From: Planctomycetales bacterium
GTDB lineage: Bacteria; 4484-113; JAFGCY01
Reading direction: 5' to 3'
NCBI GenBank assembly: GCA_022646745.1
Contig: CP060262.1
Span: 2,220,001-2,252,000 of the forward strand
Length of the DNA stretch: 32,000 bases
In this document: positions 14,842 through 23,343 of the stretch, in pieces
How positions within the stretch are numbered: the first letter of the stretch is position 1
Layout: each line of letters starts with the position of its first letter
Notes under the pieces: generated by a model
Seen by the model: the letters and a program-made list of their open reading frames with translations, nothing else
What the model was told of the DNA's origin: nothing
Database searches by the model: none
Made by a program: the position numbers and the translations under genes

Positions 14842-14884
14842 AATGTACTGAGGCTGTATGTGGATTTCGTGAAGATAACGTGAA
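14842..14884 (-). promoter_or_regulatory. Pho box plus -10 of the lipoprotein-type pstS
   Basis: On the minus strand TTCAC(14884-14880)-N6-TTCAC(14873-14869)-N4-TCCAC(14864-14860), then TACATT (14847-14842) 21 nt after the second repeat. Confidence 0.65.
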
Positions 14885-14987
14885 TCCACATGAAATCTTG
14901 ACAAATCCGCTGTGCTGGCAACCACCTGGATTGCCAGGCGGTCGTTTATCTGGCCAGCGGCTCCGCTGGATGGACTGGCCGGCAAAG

Positions 14988-15030
14988 TGAAAAGGCTCCC
15001 CCGTCGGCACTTTGCACCAGCGGGGGAGCC
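14988..15030 (-). terminator. rho-independent terminator after the upstream pstS copy
   Basis: On the minus strand GGCTCCCCCG (15030-15021), a loop, CGGGGGAGCC (15003-14994), then TTTTCAC. Confidence 0.7.
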
Positions 15031-15051
15031 TCATCTCTTCGAACCTTGGGG

Positions 15052-16140
15052 TTAGATCAGCGGCTTGCCGTTGGCGCCCTTGATCTCCTTGGCCCACATC
15101 GCCTCGACGCTGTCCACGACGGACTTCGGCATCGGGATGTAGTCAAGGCCGAGCGCTTCGGTGTCACCCTTCTCGAAGGCCCACTTGAAGAACTTCAGGG
15201 CCTGGGCGGAAGCGGCGTCATCCTCGGGGCTCTTGTACATCAGGATGAAGGTGGCGGCGGTCATCGGCCAGGTGCTGTCACCGGGCTGGTTGGCAAGGAT
15301 CACACCGTAACCGGGGACGCTGCTCCAGTCGGCACTGGCAGCGGCAGCAGCGAAGGCGTCGGCATCCGGGCTGACGGCCTTGCCGGCCTTGTTGATCATC
15401 CTGGTGTAAGTCAGGCCGTTCTGCTTGGCATAGGCGTACTCGACGTAGCCGATGCTGTTCTTCGCGCCGGCCACGTTCTGGGCCACGCCCTCATTGCCCT
15501 TGGCACCGATGCCGACCGGCCACTCGACGGCCTTGTCAACACCGATCTCGCTCTTCCACGCACTGCTGACCTCGGCCAGGTAGTAGGTGAAGTTGTAGGT
15601 GGTGCCGGAACCGTCGGAACGGGTGACGACGTTGATGCTGGTGCCCGGCAGGCTGACGCCGCCGTTGAGCTTGGCAATCGCGGGATCGTTCCACTTCGTG
15701 ATCTTGCCCATGAAGATGTTGGCAAGGGTCGCGCCATCGAGCACGAGCTGGCCGGGCTTGACACCATCGACGTTGATGACGGGGACGATGCCGCCCATCA
15801 CCATCGGCCACTGCACGAGGCCGGACTCACTGAGCTCCTGGCCGCTGAGAGGGGCGTCGGTGGCGCCGAAGGTGACGGTCTTGGCCTTGATCTGCTTGAT
15901 GCCACCGCCGGAACCGATGGACTGGTAGTTCAGGCCGACACCGGTCTCCTTCTGGTAGCTGTCCGCCCACTTGGAGTAGACCGGGTACGGGAAGGTCGCT
16001 CCCGCGCCGGCGATCTGCTCGGCGGAATAGGCCGGGGAGCCGTTGAATCCGGCTGCCACTGCTGCAAACATGACGATTCCGATGAAGACCATGATGGCCT
16101 TCAGGGGACTGTTCTTCAGGTTCTTACCTGTGCGCTTCAT
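15052..16140 (-). CDS. pstS: phosphate-binding protein PstS, signal-peptide/anchor form
   Basis: Paralog of 13606-14814 with a long, near-colinear nucleotide match by eye. N-terminus is MKRTGKNLKNSPLKAIMVFIGIVMFAAVAAG, with no lipobox Cys and no S/T linker. GGAGGT RBS. Confidence 0.93.
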   Translation of the reverse strand: MKRTGKNLKNSPLKAIMVFIGIVMFAAVAAGFNGSPAYSAEQIAGAGATFPYPVYSKWADSYQKETGVGLNYQSIGSGGGIKQIKAKTVTFGATDAPLSGQELSESGLVQWPMVMGGIVPVINVDGVKPGQLVLDGATLANIFMGKITKWNDPAIAKLNGGVSLPGTSINVVTRSDGSGTTYNFTYYLAEVSSAWKSEIGVDKAVEWPVGIGAKGNEGVAQNVAGAKNSIGYVEYAYAKQNGLTYTRMINKAGKAVSPDADAFAAAAASADWSSVPGYGVILANQPGDSTWPMTAATFILMYKSPEDDAASAQALKFFKWAFEKGDTEALGLDYIPMPKSVVDSVEAMWAKEIKGANGKPLI

Positions 16141-16167
16141 TGTTATACCTCCGTTATAGGCAAGGAG

Positions 16168-16210
16168 AATGTACTCAGGCAGTGTGTGAAACGGATGAAG
16201 AACGGGTGAA
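16168..16210 (-). promoter_or_regulatory. Pho box plus -10 of the upstream pstS copy
   Basis: On the minus strand TTCAC(16210-16206)-N6-TTCAT(16199-16195)-N4-TTCAC(16190-16186), then TACATT (16173-16168) 21 nt after the second repeat. The leader is nearly identical to that of the other pstS. Confidence 0.65.
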
Positions 16211-16250
16211 CCCCGCTAATTTCGGGGAGAAACCGGGTGCATTGCCAGTT

Positions 16251-18035
16251 TCAGGCGCGTTGTCCGGGGAAGATCAGGCTGAATTCCGAGCCCTTGCCGG
16301 GGCTGCTCTTGAGGCGCACCTCGCCGCCATGCGCGATCATCACGTGCTTGACGATCGCAAGCCCCAGTCCGGTACCGCCAAGCTGGCGCGAGCGCGCCTT
16401 GTCAACGCGGTAGAAGCGCTCGAAGATGCGCGAGTGGTGCTCCTCGGGGATGCCCTGGCCGTAGTCGCGCACACTGACGCGTGGACGGTCTCCATCGATG
16501 TCGATGCGGACCTCGACGAGCCCCTTGGTGCCGGCGTACTTGATCGCGTTGTCCACCAGGTTGCCGATTGCCAGCAGCAGGTTCTCCTGGTCTCCCATCA
16601 CGGTGATCGGGCTGTCCGGCAGCTCCAGCTGGACATCGACCCCGGCGGCCTCGGCCTTTGAGCTGAAGTTGTCGATTGCGAGGCGCACCGTGCCGGCGAG
16701 GTCCAGCGGCTCATCCTCGCGCTCGTGGAAGCCGTGCTCGACACGCGAAAGCGAGAGCATGTCGTTGACAAGCCCGCTGAGGCGCAGGGATTCATCGAGG
16801 ATGCTGCCCATGAAGCGGTCGCGGATCGAGTGCTCCATTTCAGGGTCGTTGAGGATGGTTTCCGCCAGCCCGCGGATGGCTGTAACCGGGCTCTTCAGCT
16901 CGTGGCTGGCGTTGGCGATGAACTGCGTGCGCATGTGCTCGAACTCATGCGTGCCGGTGATGTCACGGATGATGCCGACGGCGCCGAGCACCTGGCCGCC
17001 TGTGTCCCGCCAGGGGGTGACCACGAAGCTGATCCAGCGGTTGTTGCCGGTGCCGACCAGCTCCAGCTCGCGCTGGATGGTGCTGCCGTTGGAGATCGCG
17101 GCGGACAGGGACTGCACAAGCTCGGGGACCGCGAGGCATTCCCAGGCGTGGCGGCCGGCGATGTTGTCGAACTCCTGGCGGCAGTAGCTGGCGGCCACCC
17201 GGTTGACATGCACCACGCGTTCCTGGCCGTCGACGGCGATCAGGCCCTCGCTCATGCTGGCGAGGATCGCCTCGAGCTGGCTGCGGTCGCGGGCGATGAT
17301 CTGCATTCGCTGTGAAAGGTTGTCAGACATGTTGTTGAGCATCTCAGCGAGCTGTCCCAGCTCGTCATGGGTCATCACCTCGGCGCGCTGGCTGTAGTTG
17401 CCGCCGCTGATGCCGCGGGCGACCTCCATCATGCGCGTGACCGGCCGGGTTACACGGCGGGCGAAGTACAGCCCGAGTGGCAGGCTGACAAGCAGGGTGA
17501 AGCCCATCCCGACGAGCACCGTCAGGCGCAGGGCCTGCAGCTGGCTGTCAATGTCGCTTAGCGGCAGGGCCGTGCGCACGTAGCCCAGCAGCCGGTCCCC
17601 GTCCTTCACGGCGATCGCGTAGTACATCATGCGCTCATGCACACTGCGGCTGAAGCGCCGCGAGACGCCGCTGCCGGAGCTGCCCGCTGCCTGCAGTTCC
17701 GGGCGGTTGGAATGGTTCTCCATCTCGCTGGCCGCCATTTCGGAGTCGGCCAGCACGACGCCATCCTCCCTGACAACGGTGAAGCGGGTGCCGGTCTGGT
17801 CGCCGAGCAGGTGCAGCTGGGTGTCGAGCCCGGACAGTGCCGTGCCCGCGCGCAGTGAGTCGGCCGCGATTGCATCAAGCATCTGGCACTGCTGCTCGAG
17901 CGAGTGCTCAATGCGCTGCAGGGAGTCACGTGTGATCCTGAGCTGGATCAGCAGTCCGACGGTCAGCGCCGTGATCACGATCAGCACCGCGTACACGGAG
18001 TAGAGCTTCCAGAAGAACTGCGTGCGCAGGGCCAT
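16251..18035 (-). CDS. phoR: PhoR-type sensor histidine kinase (TM-HAMP-PAS-HisKA-HATPase)
   Basis: H-box FIANASHELKSPVTAIRG, N-box LVDNAIKY, G-boxes RDYGQGIP and GGTGLGLAIVK. Overlaps the phoB stop by 1 nt. Confidence 0.88.
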   Translation of the reverse strand: MALRTQFFWKLYSVYAVLIVITALTVGLLIQLRITRDSLQRIEHSLEQQCQMLDAIAADSLRAGTALSGLDTQLHLLGDQTGTRFTVVREDGVVLADSEMAASEMENHSNRPELQAAGSSGSGVSRRFSRSVHERMMYYAIAVKDGDRLLGYVRTALPLSDIDSQLQALRLTVLVGMGFTLLVSLPLGLYFARRVTRPVTRMMEVARGISGGNYSQRAEVMTHDELGQLAEMLNNMSDNLSQRMQIIARDRSQLEAILASMSEGLIAVDGQERVVHVNRVAASYCRQEFDNIAGRHAWECLAVPELVQSLSAAISNGSTIQRELELVGTGNNRWISFVVTPWRDTGGQVLGAVGIIRDITGTHEFEHMRTQFIANASHELKSPVTAIRGLAETILNDPEMEHSIRDRFMGSILDESLRLSGLVNDMLSLSRVEHGFHEREDEPLDLAGTVRLAIDNFSSKAEAAGVDVQLELPDSPITVMGDQENLLLAIGNLVDNAIKYAGTKGLVEVRIDIDGDRPRVSVRDYGQGIPEEHHSRIFERFYRVDKARSRQLGGTGLGLAIVKHVMIAHGGEVRLKSSPGKGSEFSLIFPGQRA

Positions 18036-18727
18036 CAGTCCTCCCGGAAGCGGTAGCCCACGCCGCGCACGGTCTCCACCAGGTCGCGGAAATCACCGAG
18101 CTTCTTGCGGATGGACTTCACATGGGTGTCAATGTTGCGCTCGATCACGATACCGCCGCTGTTTCCGGTGAGCGCGAGGATCTCCTCACGGGTGAAGACG
18201 CGGCCGGGGCTGCGCATCAGCAGGCTCATGATCTGGAACTCGGACGGGGTCAGTTCGACCTGCTCGTCGCCAACATAGAAGCGGTGGCGTTCGATGTCAA
18301 TCCGCAGGCCACCGGCGTTGTGCACGCTGCGGTCACCTTCGCTGGCCTGCTGCAGGCGGCGCAGCGAAGCCTTGACGCGGGCCACCAGCTCACGCGGGCT
18401 GAAGGGCTTGACGATGTAATCGTCGGCACCGATGCCGAGACCGAGCACGACGTCCGATTCCTCGGAACGTGCGGTCACCATCAGCACCGGGATGTGGCGC
18501 AAGGAGACGTCGGTCTTCAGGTTCTGGCAGATCTGGATGCCGTCCATGCCGGGCAGCATGATGTCCAGCAGTGCCAGGTCCGGCTTCTCACGGCGGATCA
18601 TGTCGATGCCCTCGACGCCGTCACGGGCCTCGAGGACACGGTAGCCTTCACGGCGCAGGTTGTAGGAGATCACTTCGAGGATGTTGTTCTCATCCTCGAC
18701 GACGGCGATGCGGTACTGTCTGCTCAT
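18035..18727 (-). CDS. phoB: OmpR/PhoB-family response regulator
   Basis: Receiver domain (DLALLDIMLPGMDG, K at VKPF) plus a winged-helix output domain (LTPSEFQIMSLLM..., RGVGYRF). Genomic context next to phoR and pst. Confidence 0.88.
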   Translation of the reverse strand: MSRQYRIAVVEDENNILEVISYNLRREGYRVLEARDGVEGIDMIRREKPDLALLDIMLPGMDGIQICQNLKTDVSLRHIPVLMVTARSEESDVVLGLGIGADDYIVKPFSPRELVARVKASLRRLQQASEGDRSVHNAGGLRIDIERHRFYVGDEQVELTPSEFQIMSLLMRSPGRVFTREEILALTGNSGGIVIERNIDTHVKSIRKKLGDFRDLVETVRGVGYRFRED

Positions 18728-18816
18728 TTCAGATTCCTGTTGTGGTTTTCAGGACAGGTGCCTATCAGTCTGTCCAGCCGTATACCGGAAAATGCAGACG
18801 GGGTATAACACCGCAC

Positions 18817-18824
18817 ATTATACA
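18817..18824 (-). promoter_or_regulatory. extended -10 (TGTATAAT) upstream of phoB
   Basis: The minus strand reads TGTATAAT about 90 nt upstream of the phoB ATG. No good -35. Confidence 0.5.
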
Positions 18825-18860
18825 GGCGATTTCCACAGTCCCCATCTATGTTCTCGCCAA

Positions 18861-18888
18861 TCCACACGCAATCTTCACATGATCCACA
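18861..18888 (+). promoter_or_regulatory. Pho-box-like repeats in inverted orientation relative to phoB
   Basis: The plus strand reads TCCACA-N7-TTCACA-N3-TCCACA. The segment TTCACatgATCCACAT matches TTCACgaaATCCACAT of the pstS box but lies on the opposite strand from phoB. Confidence 0.4.
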
Positions 18889-18910
18889 TGATTGCCAACG
18901 GAACGGAGAA

Positions 18911-18943
18911 AAGCAAAACGGGGAGGCCTGGGCGGGCCTCCCC
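18911..18943 (-). terminator. rho-independent terminator of the phosphoesterase gene
   Basis: On the minus strand GGGGAGGCC-loop-GGCCTCCCC (18943-18920) is followed by GTTTTGCTTTTCT. Confidence 0.75.
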
Positions 18944-19000
18944 GGATGCTGGTGGTCCCCGGTGTCTTTTCACCGGAATGAGGATGGTAAAGCGAGGGAT

Positions 19001-22000
19001 TTACTCCGTCACGTTGAGCACCCAGCTGACCACGGTTCCGCTGTCCTCACATGCATAGAGAATCAGCGGCTTGCCGTAGGGGTTCATGTCAGCCGGGATG
19101 AACTGGAAGCCTTCGGGAGCGATGTCAACCATCGTTCCGTCGGGGTTGGTTGTCACGTAGTCTATGCGGGAGGCGCTGGCCGGGTTGGAGATGTCGTAGA
19201 TGAACATCCCGCCCTGGCGCTCGAGGCCGATGAAGCCGAAGGTCGTGCCGCGGTAGGCTCCGACGCACAGCCCCTCGGGCTCGCAGCCCTTGTCATCACT
19301 GCGGGCATCGAACTCGCCGATGTCACCATCGTTCATGTTGAAGATCGAGGCGTAGTTGGCCGCGAGGTACTGCTCGAACTCATCGCCGCTGTCATAGACC
19401 TGCGAACCGGAGTTCCAGATGCTGAAGCTGCGGCCGCCGTAGCCGTAGATCTCGTCGTAGTCACCGTCATTGTCAGTGTCGCCGTTGGCAAGCGTCACCT
19501 TGAAGCGGCCGAGCATGCCGTCCTCGAGCAGGGTCGCCTCATCCGGCCACAGCGTGTCGTCCAGGTCGAGGTCCTTGGCACGGGCCTCCTCGGAGTAGGC
19601 GCTGTAGTCACGGGAGTCGCCCTCGTTGGCGCCGATCGTGTAGAACACGCCGTTGGCAGCGAAGCTCTTCACCGTGTCGGGCATGTAGAAGGTCTTGACC
19701 GGCCAGTTGCCGAGCTTGATCGAGGGAGTGTCGCCCGGGCCGTCACGGTCGGAGACGTCGAGCATCGGGCCGCCGGTGGACCAGTCCTTGGTGCCCAGCG
19801 CATACAGGTTTGTGATGCTGTAGTCCGAGAGGTCGATCTCCAGCAGGGCGTTGTTCTCCTGGCAGGCGACCCCGGCCATGCTGTTGTCAGGGGCGATGGC
19901 GATGTACTCGGGCTCGAGGTCCTCCGCCAGGTTGCTCGGCACGTCGCCGGGCTGCTTGATGCCGAACACACGTACGCCGGCTGCCTCGTAGGCGGCCTGC
20001 CCGGCGTTCAGGCCGGTGAAGGGGATCTGGGTGACGACGGGGCTGGCAAGGTCGCCGGTCACGTCAATCACGGTCACGCTGCCCTCGGGGTCGATGGTCC
20101 AGTCGTCGCTGGGCTGGCCCTCGTTGGCGGTCAGCAGCAGGCGGTGGTCGTTGGTCAGCACCACGTTGTCAGGCAGCACGCCGGTCGGGTTGCTGGAGAC
20201 CAGCGCAAGCGTCATCGCATCGTAGATGTTGCAGACGCCGGGGTCAGTCTCCGGGTCGGCGGCGATGGAGACGGCGACGTAACCCTCCCAGGCCACGCAG
20301 CTGGTCGGGCTGCCGTAACTGCTGGTGTCGATGCCGGAGCCGGTATCCAGCGGGGTGGCCGGGTCGGAGTAGTCAACCACGCTGACGCTCTTTGCTCCGG
20401 CGTTGGTCAGGAAGATCCGCCTGCTGTAGGGGTCGTAGGTCACGATCTCGGCCGAACCGGCACCAAGGCCGGTGTCGAAGGTCGACAGGTAGTCGATGCT
20501 CCAGCCGCCGGGGTTGACGGTCTGGATGCGGCGCTCGGCGGGCAGGATGTTCATGTCGCCATCCTCACCCTCATACGGGTACTGCTCAGCACTGACAACG
20601 CCGCCGAGGCCGTCCTCGATGTAGTTGCGCAGCGCCTGCTGGTAGCTGACGCCCAGCGTGTAGAGCTTGTCACCCTCGAACGGGCTGCCATCGCCGCCGC
20701 GGGCGAGGAAGTCGATCGTCGCCAGGTTGATCTTCGTGCCCGGGTTGAGCACGATGCCGTCGCTGATGAACTGCGTGCCATCCCTGAACCATGCGTTCTG
20801 CACGCGGGTGCCGCTGCCGGGGCTGCCGAACACGTAGGGGTCGCCGTCCTTGTCGTAGACGAAGCGCAGGCCGCTGACCTGCAGGAAGCCGCCACTGGTG
20901 CCCTGCACGCCGTTGACGGCGCTCTCCAGGATGTCACGCAGGGTGCTGTGGGTCACGCCTTCGAGGATCGTGACGAAGTTCGGGAAGGCGTTGATGTCGA
21001 AGGTGTCCAGCTCGGTGATGTTGCCGGGCTCGATGATCGCGTCATTGCGCATGCCGCCGCCGTTCTGGAAGGCGACATCAGCACGCGGCGCGCTGAAGCT
21101 GTCCGCCAGCTCGTTGGCCTGCCAGAGCAGGGCATCGGCGTCGAGGTTGCCGAGGTTGGTCTCGGAGTTGCGCACGCCGACGATCGAGGGTTTGTCATCC
21201 ACGTCATCCCAGCCGCCGCGGCGGCCGTTGAGCGGGACCTCGGTGGTGCCGATCACGTTGGCTGCCAGCGCCGCCAGGCTGTTGCTGACGGGAGTGGTGA
21301 CACTGCCCTCGATGGCGGCGTTGCCGATGACGGCGTCCGGGTAGTCGCTGTTGGCGACGCGCTGCAGGCCGGAGTGGCCGGCATCCACGCCGGTCACTTC
21401 GCCTGCGTCATTGAACTCGACGGTCAGCTGGCCGACGTACTTGTAGTTGCCGGGGGTGGTGACGACCGGGATGTCCCTGCCGTCCGCATCCTGCAGGATC
21501 ACGGGGTAGCTGCGGCCTGCCACCGGCTCGTCGCCCGGGATCAGGTTCTCACTGGAACCGCCGTTGGCAAGCAGCTCATCGCCGCCGCCGGCAACCGCGA
21601 CGTCAATGCCTCGCAGGGTGGAGATCAGGGCCTCATCCTCGCTGATGCCCTGCATGTGGGAGATCAGGATGATGATGTCAACGCCCTGGCCCTGCAGGCT
21701 GTCAACCTCGGCCTGGATGCTCGCCTGCGCGCTGAGCACGCTGACATTGCGCGGGTTGGAGAACTCGCGGCCATAGCCGGCTTCGCTCACACCGCGCGGG
21801 CTGGAGATGATGTTCAGCAGCTCGGTGGTGGCACCGACGATGCCGATCCTGCGGCCGCCCTTCTCGACGGTCACGCTCTTGAACAGGCGGTCGCCGACCA
21901 GCGCCTGCAGGTCCGGCTCGTCAGAGTAGTCCAGGTTGCTGGAGAGGTAGGGCACGTTGCTGGAGAACTCGCCGATGAAGTCCGCGAGCACGTCCGGGCC

Positions 22001-23131
22001 GAAGTCGAAGTCGTGGTTGCCGAGGCAGATCGCGTCGTAGCCGATCGCGTCGAGCACCAGCGCATCATAGTAGGTGCCGTCCTGCAGGCTGGCGTTGAAC
22101 TCCGCGCCGGCGAGGAAGTTGTCACCACTGGAGACCGTCACGCTGGCATCCGCGAAGCTGCCGGCCTCGCTGCGAAGATCGTTGAGCTTCGTGATGAAGT
22201 TGGCAGCGCCGCCGAAGCTGGACAGGTTGCCGTTGTCGGGCAGTTCCTCACTGCCGGCGTTGAGCAGCTGGCTCTCGCCGTCGTTGTTGTGGAACAGGGT
22301 CAGCTTGAAGGGCTCGGGCTCGACATCGAGCGGGGCCACCGTGAAGCTGCCGCTGACACTGTCACCGTTGCCGTTGTCATCAAGCACGGTGACGTTGTAG
22401 GTATAGGTCTTGGCGGCGGTGGTGCTGTTGAGCATCACGACGCTGCGGCTGTCGGGGCTCACAGCACTGCTGGACTGCGCGGTGTTGGGGTCCGCGCCGC
22501 CACCGAAGTTCCACTCGATGCTGTAGGGGGCAGTGCCGCCGCTCCAGCTGGCCTGCCAGCTGGCGCTGTCACCGGCCTTTAGCCCGCTGGGCACGGTCAC
22601 CGTGAGCTCAGGCATGCTGACTTCAAGCTCACTGCCGGCCACGAAGGAACCGAAGCGGGTGGTGCTGACCGTGGCGGTGCCGCCGGAGACGTTAACCTTG
22701 CCGAGGCTGGTCCAGCCCGGCACGGCGGAGACGGAGCTGTCGTTGTAGCGGTAGACCTCAACCTCTCCCGTCGCGCTGCCGGCTGGCACGCTGACGCTGA
22801 CCGCGCGGTCGAATACGCAGTCGGAGGGGCCGAAGGCCACGCTGCCGAAGCGGGTGGCGGTGAAGGTGTCCAGCACGGCCTGGCTGACGGCGCTGCTGCT
22901 GAACAGGATGGAGCCGTTGCTGACTGAGTCACTGGTGACGGTGCTGCCGGCCGGGATGTTGGCGACGGCACCGTTGTTGCCCGTGACTGTCTCGGCCTGG
23001 CTGATGGTGGCTTCGTTGTCCGGCGGGTCCGGCTGTCCGTTGCCGCCACCGCAGGCCGTGCAGAACAGCAGCAGCATGGCGGGGACGATCAGCGAGGCCA
23101 GCAGCTGGCCCGCATTGCGATTCCTGGTCAT
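19001..23131 (-). CDS. secreted lipoprotein phosphoesterase fusion: PKD-like + metallophosphatase/5'-nucleotidase + C-terminal beta-propeller-like (choice-of-anchor-I / phytase-like) domain
   Basis: Lipobox LLFCTAC followed by GGGNG. PKD-like APYSIEWNFGGG...YNVTVLDDNGN. Metallophosphatase motifs LFHNNDGES and GNHDFDFG. 5'-nucleotidase C-domain GNLDADALLW...FQNGGGMRND. The C-terminal ~500 aa has GANEGDSRDYSAYSEE. GAGGAGG RBS. The 1244-aa antisense ORF is a shadow frame. Confidence 0.85.
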   Translation of the reverse strand: MTRNRNAGQLLASLIVPAMLLLFCTACGGGNGQPDPPDNEATISQAETVTGNNGAVANIPAGSTVTSDSVSNGSILFSSSAVSQAVLDTFTATRFGSVAFGPSDCVFDRAVSVSVPAGSATGEVEVYRYNDSSVSAVPGWTSLGKVNVSGGTATVSTTRFGSFVAGSELEVSMPELTVTVPSGLKAGDSASWQASWSGGTAPYSIEWNFGGGADPNTAQSSSAVSPDSRSVVMLNSTTAAKTYTYNVTVLDDNGNGDSVSGSFTVAPLDVEPEPFKLTLFHNNDGESQLLNAGSEELPDNGNLSSFGGAANFITKLNDLRSEAGSFADASVTVSSGDNFLAGAEFNASLQDGTYYDALVLDAIGYDAICLGNHDFDFGPDVLADFIGEFSSNVPYLSSNLDYSDEPDLQALVGDRLFKSVTVEKGGRRIGIVGATTELLNIISSPRGVSEAGYGREFSNPRNVSVLSAQASIQAEVDSLQGQGVDIIILISHMQGISEDEALISTLRGIDVAVAGGGDELLANGGSSENLIPGDEPVAGRSYPVILQDADGRDIPVVTTPGNYKYVGQLTVEFNDAGEVTGVDAGHSGLQRVANSDYPDAVIGNAAIEGSVTTPVSNSLAALAANVIGTTEVPLNGRRGGWDDVDDKPSIVGVRNSETNLGNLDADALLWQANELADSFSAPRADVAFQNGGGMRNDAIIEPGNITELDTFDINAFPNFVTILEGVTHSTLRDILESAVNGVQGTSGGFLQVSGLRFVYDKDGDPYVFGSPGSGTRVQNAWFRDGTQFISDGIVLNPGTKINLATIDFLARGGDGSPFEGDKLYTLGVSYQQALRNYIEDGLGGVVSAEQYPYEGEDGDMNILPAERRIQTVNPGGWSIDYLSTFDTGLGAGSAEIVTYDPYSRRIFLTNAGAKSVSVVDYSDPATPLDTGSGIDTSSYGSPTSCVAWEGYVAVSIAADPETDPGVCNIYDAMTLALVSSNPTGVLPDNVVLTNDHRLLLTANEGQPSDDWTIDPEGSVTVIDVTGDLASPVVTQIPFTGLNAGQAAYEAAGVRVFGIKQPGDVPSNLAEDLEPEYIAIAPDNSMAGVACQENNALLEIDLSDYSITNLYALGTKDWSTGGPMLDVSDRDGPGDTPSIKLGNWPVKTFYMPDTVKSFAANGVFYTIGANEGDSRDYSAYSEEARAKDLDLDDTLWPDEATLLEDGMLGRFKVTLANGDTDNDGDYDEIYGYGGRSFSIWNSGSQVYDSGDEFEQYLAANYASIFNMNDGDIGEFDARSDDKGCEPEGLCVGAYRGTTFGFIGLERQGGMFIYDISNPASASRIDYVTTNPDGTMVDIAPEGFQFIPADMNPYGKPLILYACEDSGTVVSWVLNVTE

Positions 23132-23190
23132 GTATTCCTCCTCATAGGGGCGCCCAACCGGGCGCCGCGGCAGTGGCTGCCGTCAGCGGA

Positions 23191-23233
23191 ATGCTATTAC
23201 CGTGATGTGTGCTTGCGGTGAACCGCCCGTGAA
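23191..23233 (-). promoter_or_regulatory. Pho box plus -10 of the phosphoesterase gene
   Basis: On the minus strand TTCAC(23233-23229)-N6-TTCAC(23222-23218), then TAGCAT (23196-23191) 21 nt after the second repeat. This is the same geometry as at both pstS genes. Confidence 0.6.
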
Positions 23234-23314
23234 GGTGCGGCAGGATCGGGGCCGATCACCAGATCGTTGCCAGAATGTCCGGGCTTTGCACATCGCTTCC
23301 TCACAGGACAGGGA

Positions 23315-23343
23315 TTGACCGGCCGCAGCCGGGCTGATACATT
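23315..23343 (+). promoter_or_regulatory. sigma70-like promoter of the BtrH-like gene
   Basis: TTGACC (23315-23320), a 17-nt spacer, then TACATT (23338-23343). This implies a leader of about 165 nt. Confidence 0.55.

Noticed and set aside
16211-16250. Terminator between phoR and the upstream pstS (CCCCG-AAATTAG-CGGGG)
   Set aside because: The stem is only 5 bp, with no T-run on the minus strand, and it overlaps the Pho box. This is too weak to call.
18848-22582. 1244-aa plus-strand ORF, the longest plus-strand ORF in the window
   Set aside because: It is antisense to the phosphoesterase gene, which has a clear signal peptide and metallophosphatase/5'-nucleotidase motifs. Its V/A/G/D/R-rich, motif-free composition is typical of a shadow frame in GC-rich DNA. 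The same reasoning applies to 3463-4554, 13600-14172, 15046-16209, 5584-6408, 7661-8296, 8357-9343, 23448-24410 and 31016-31843.
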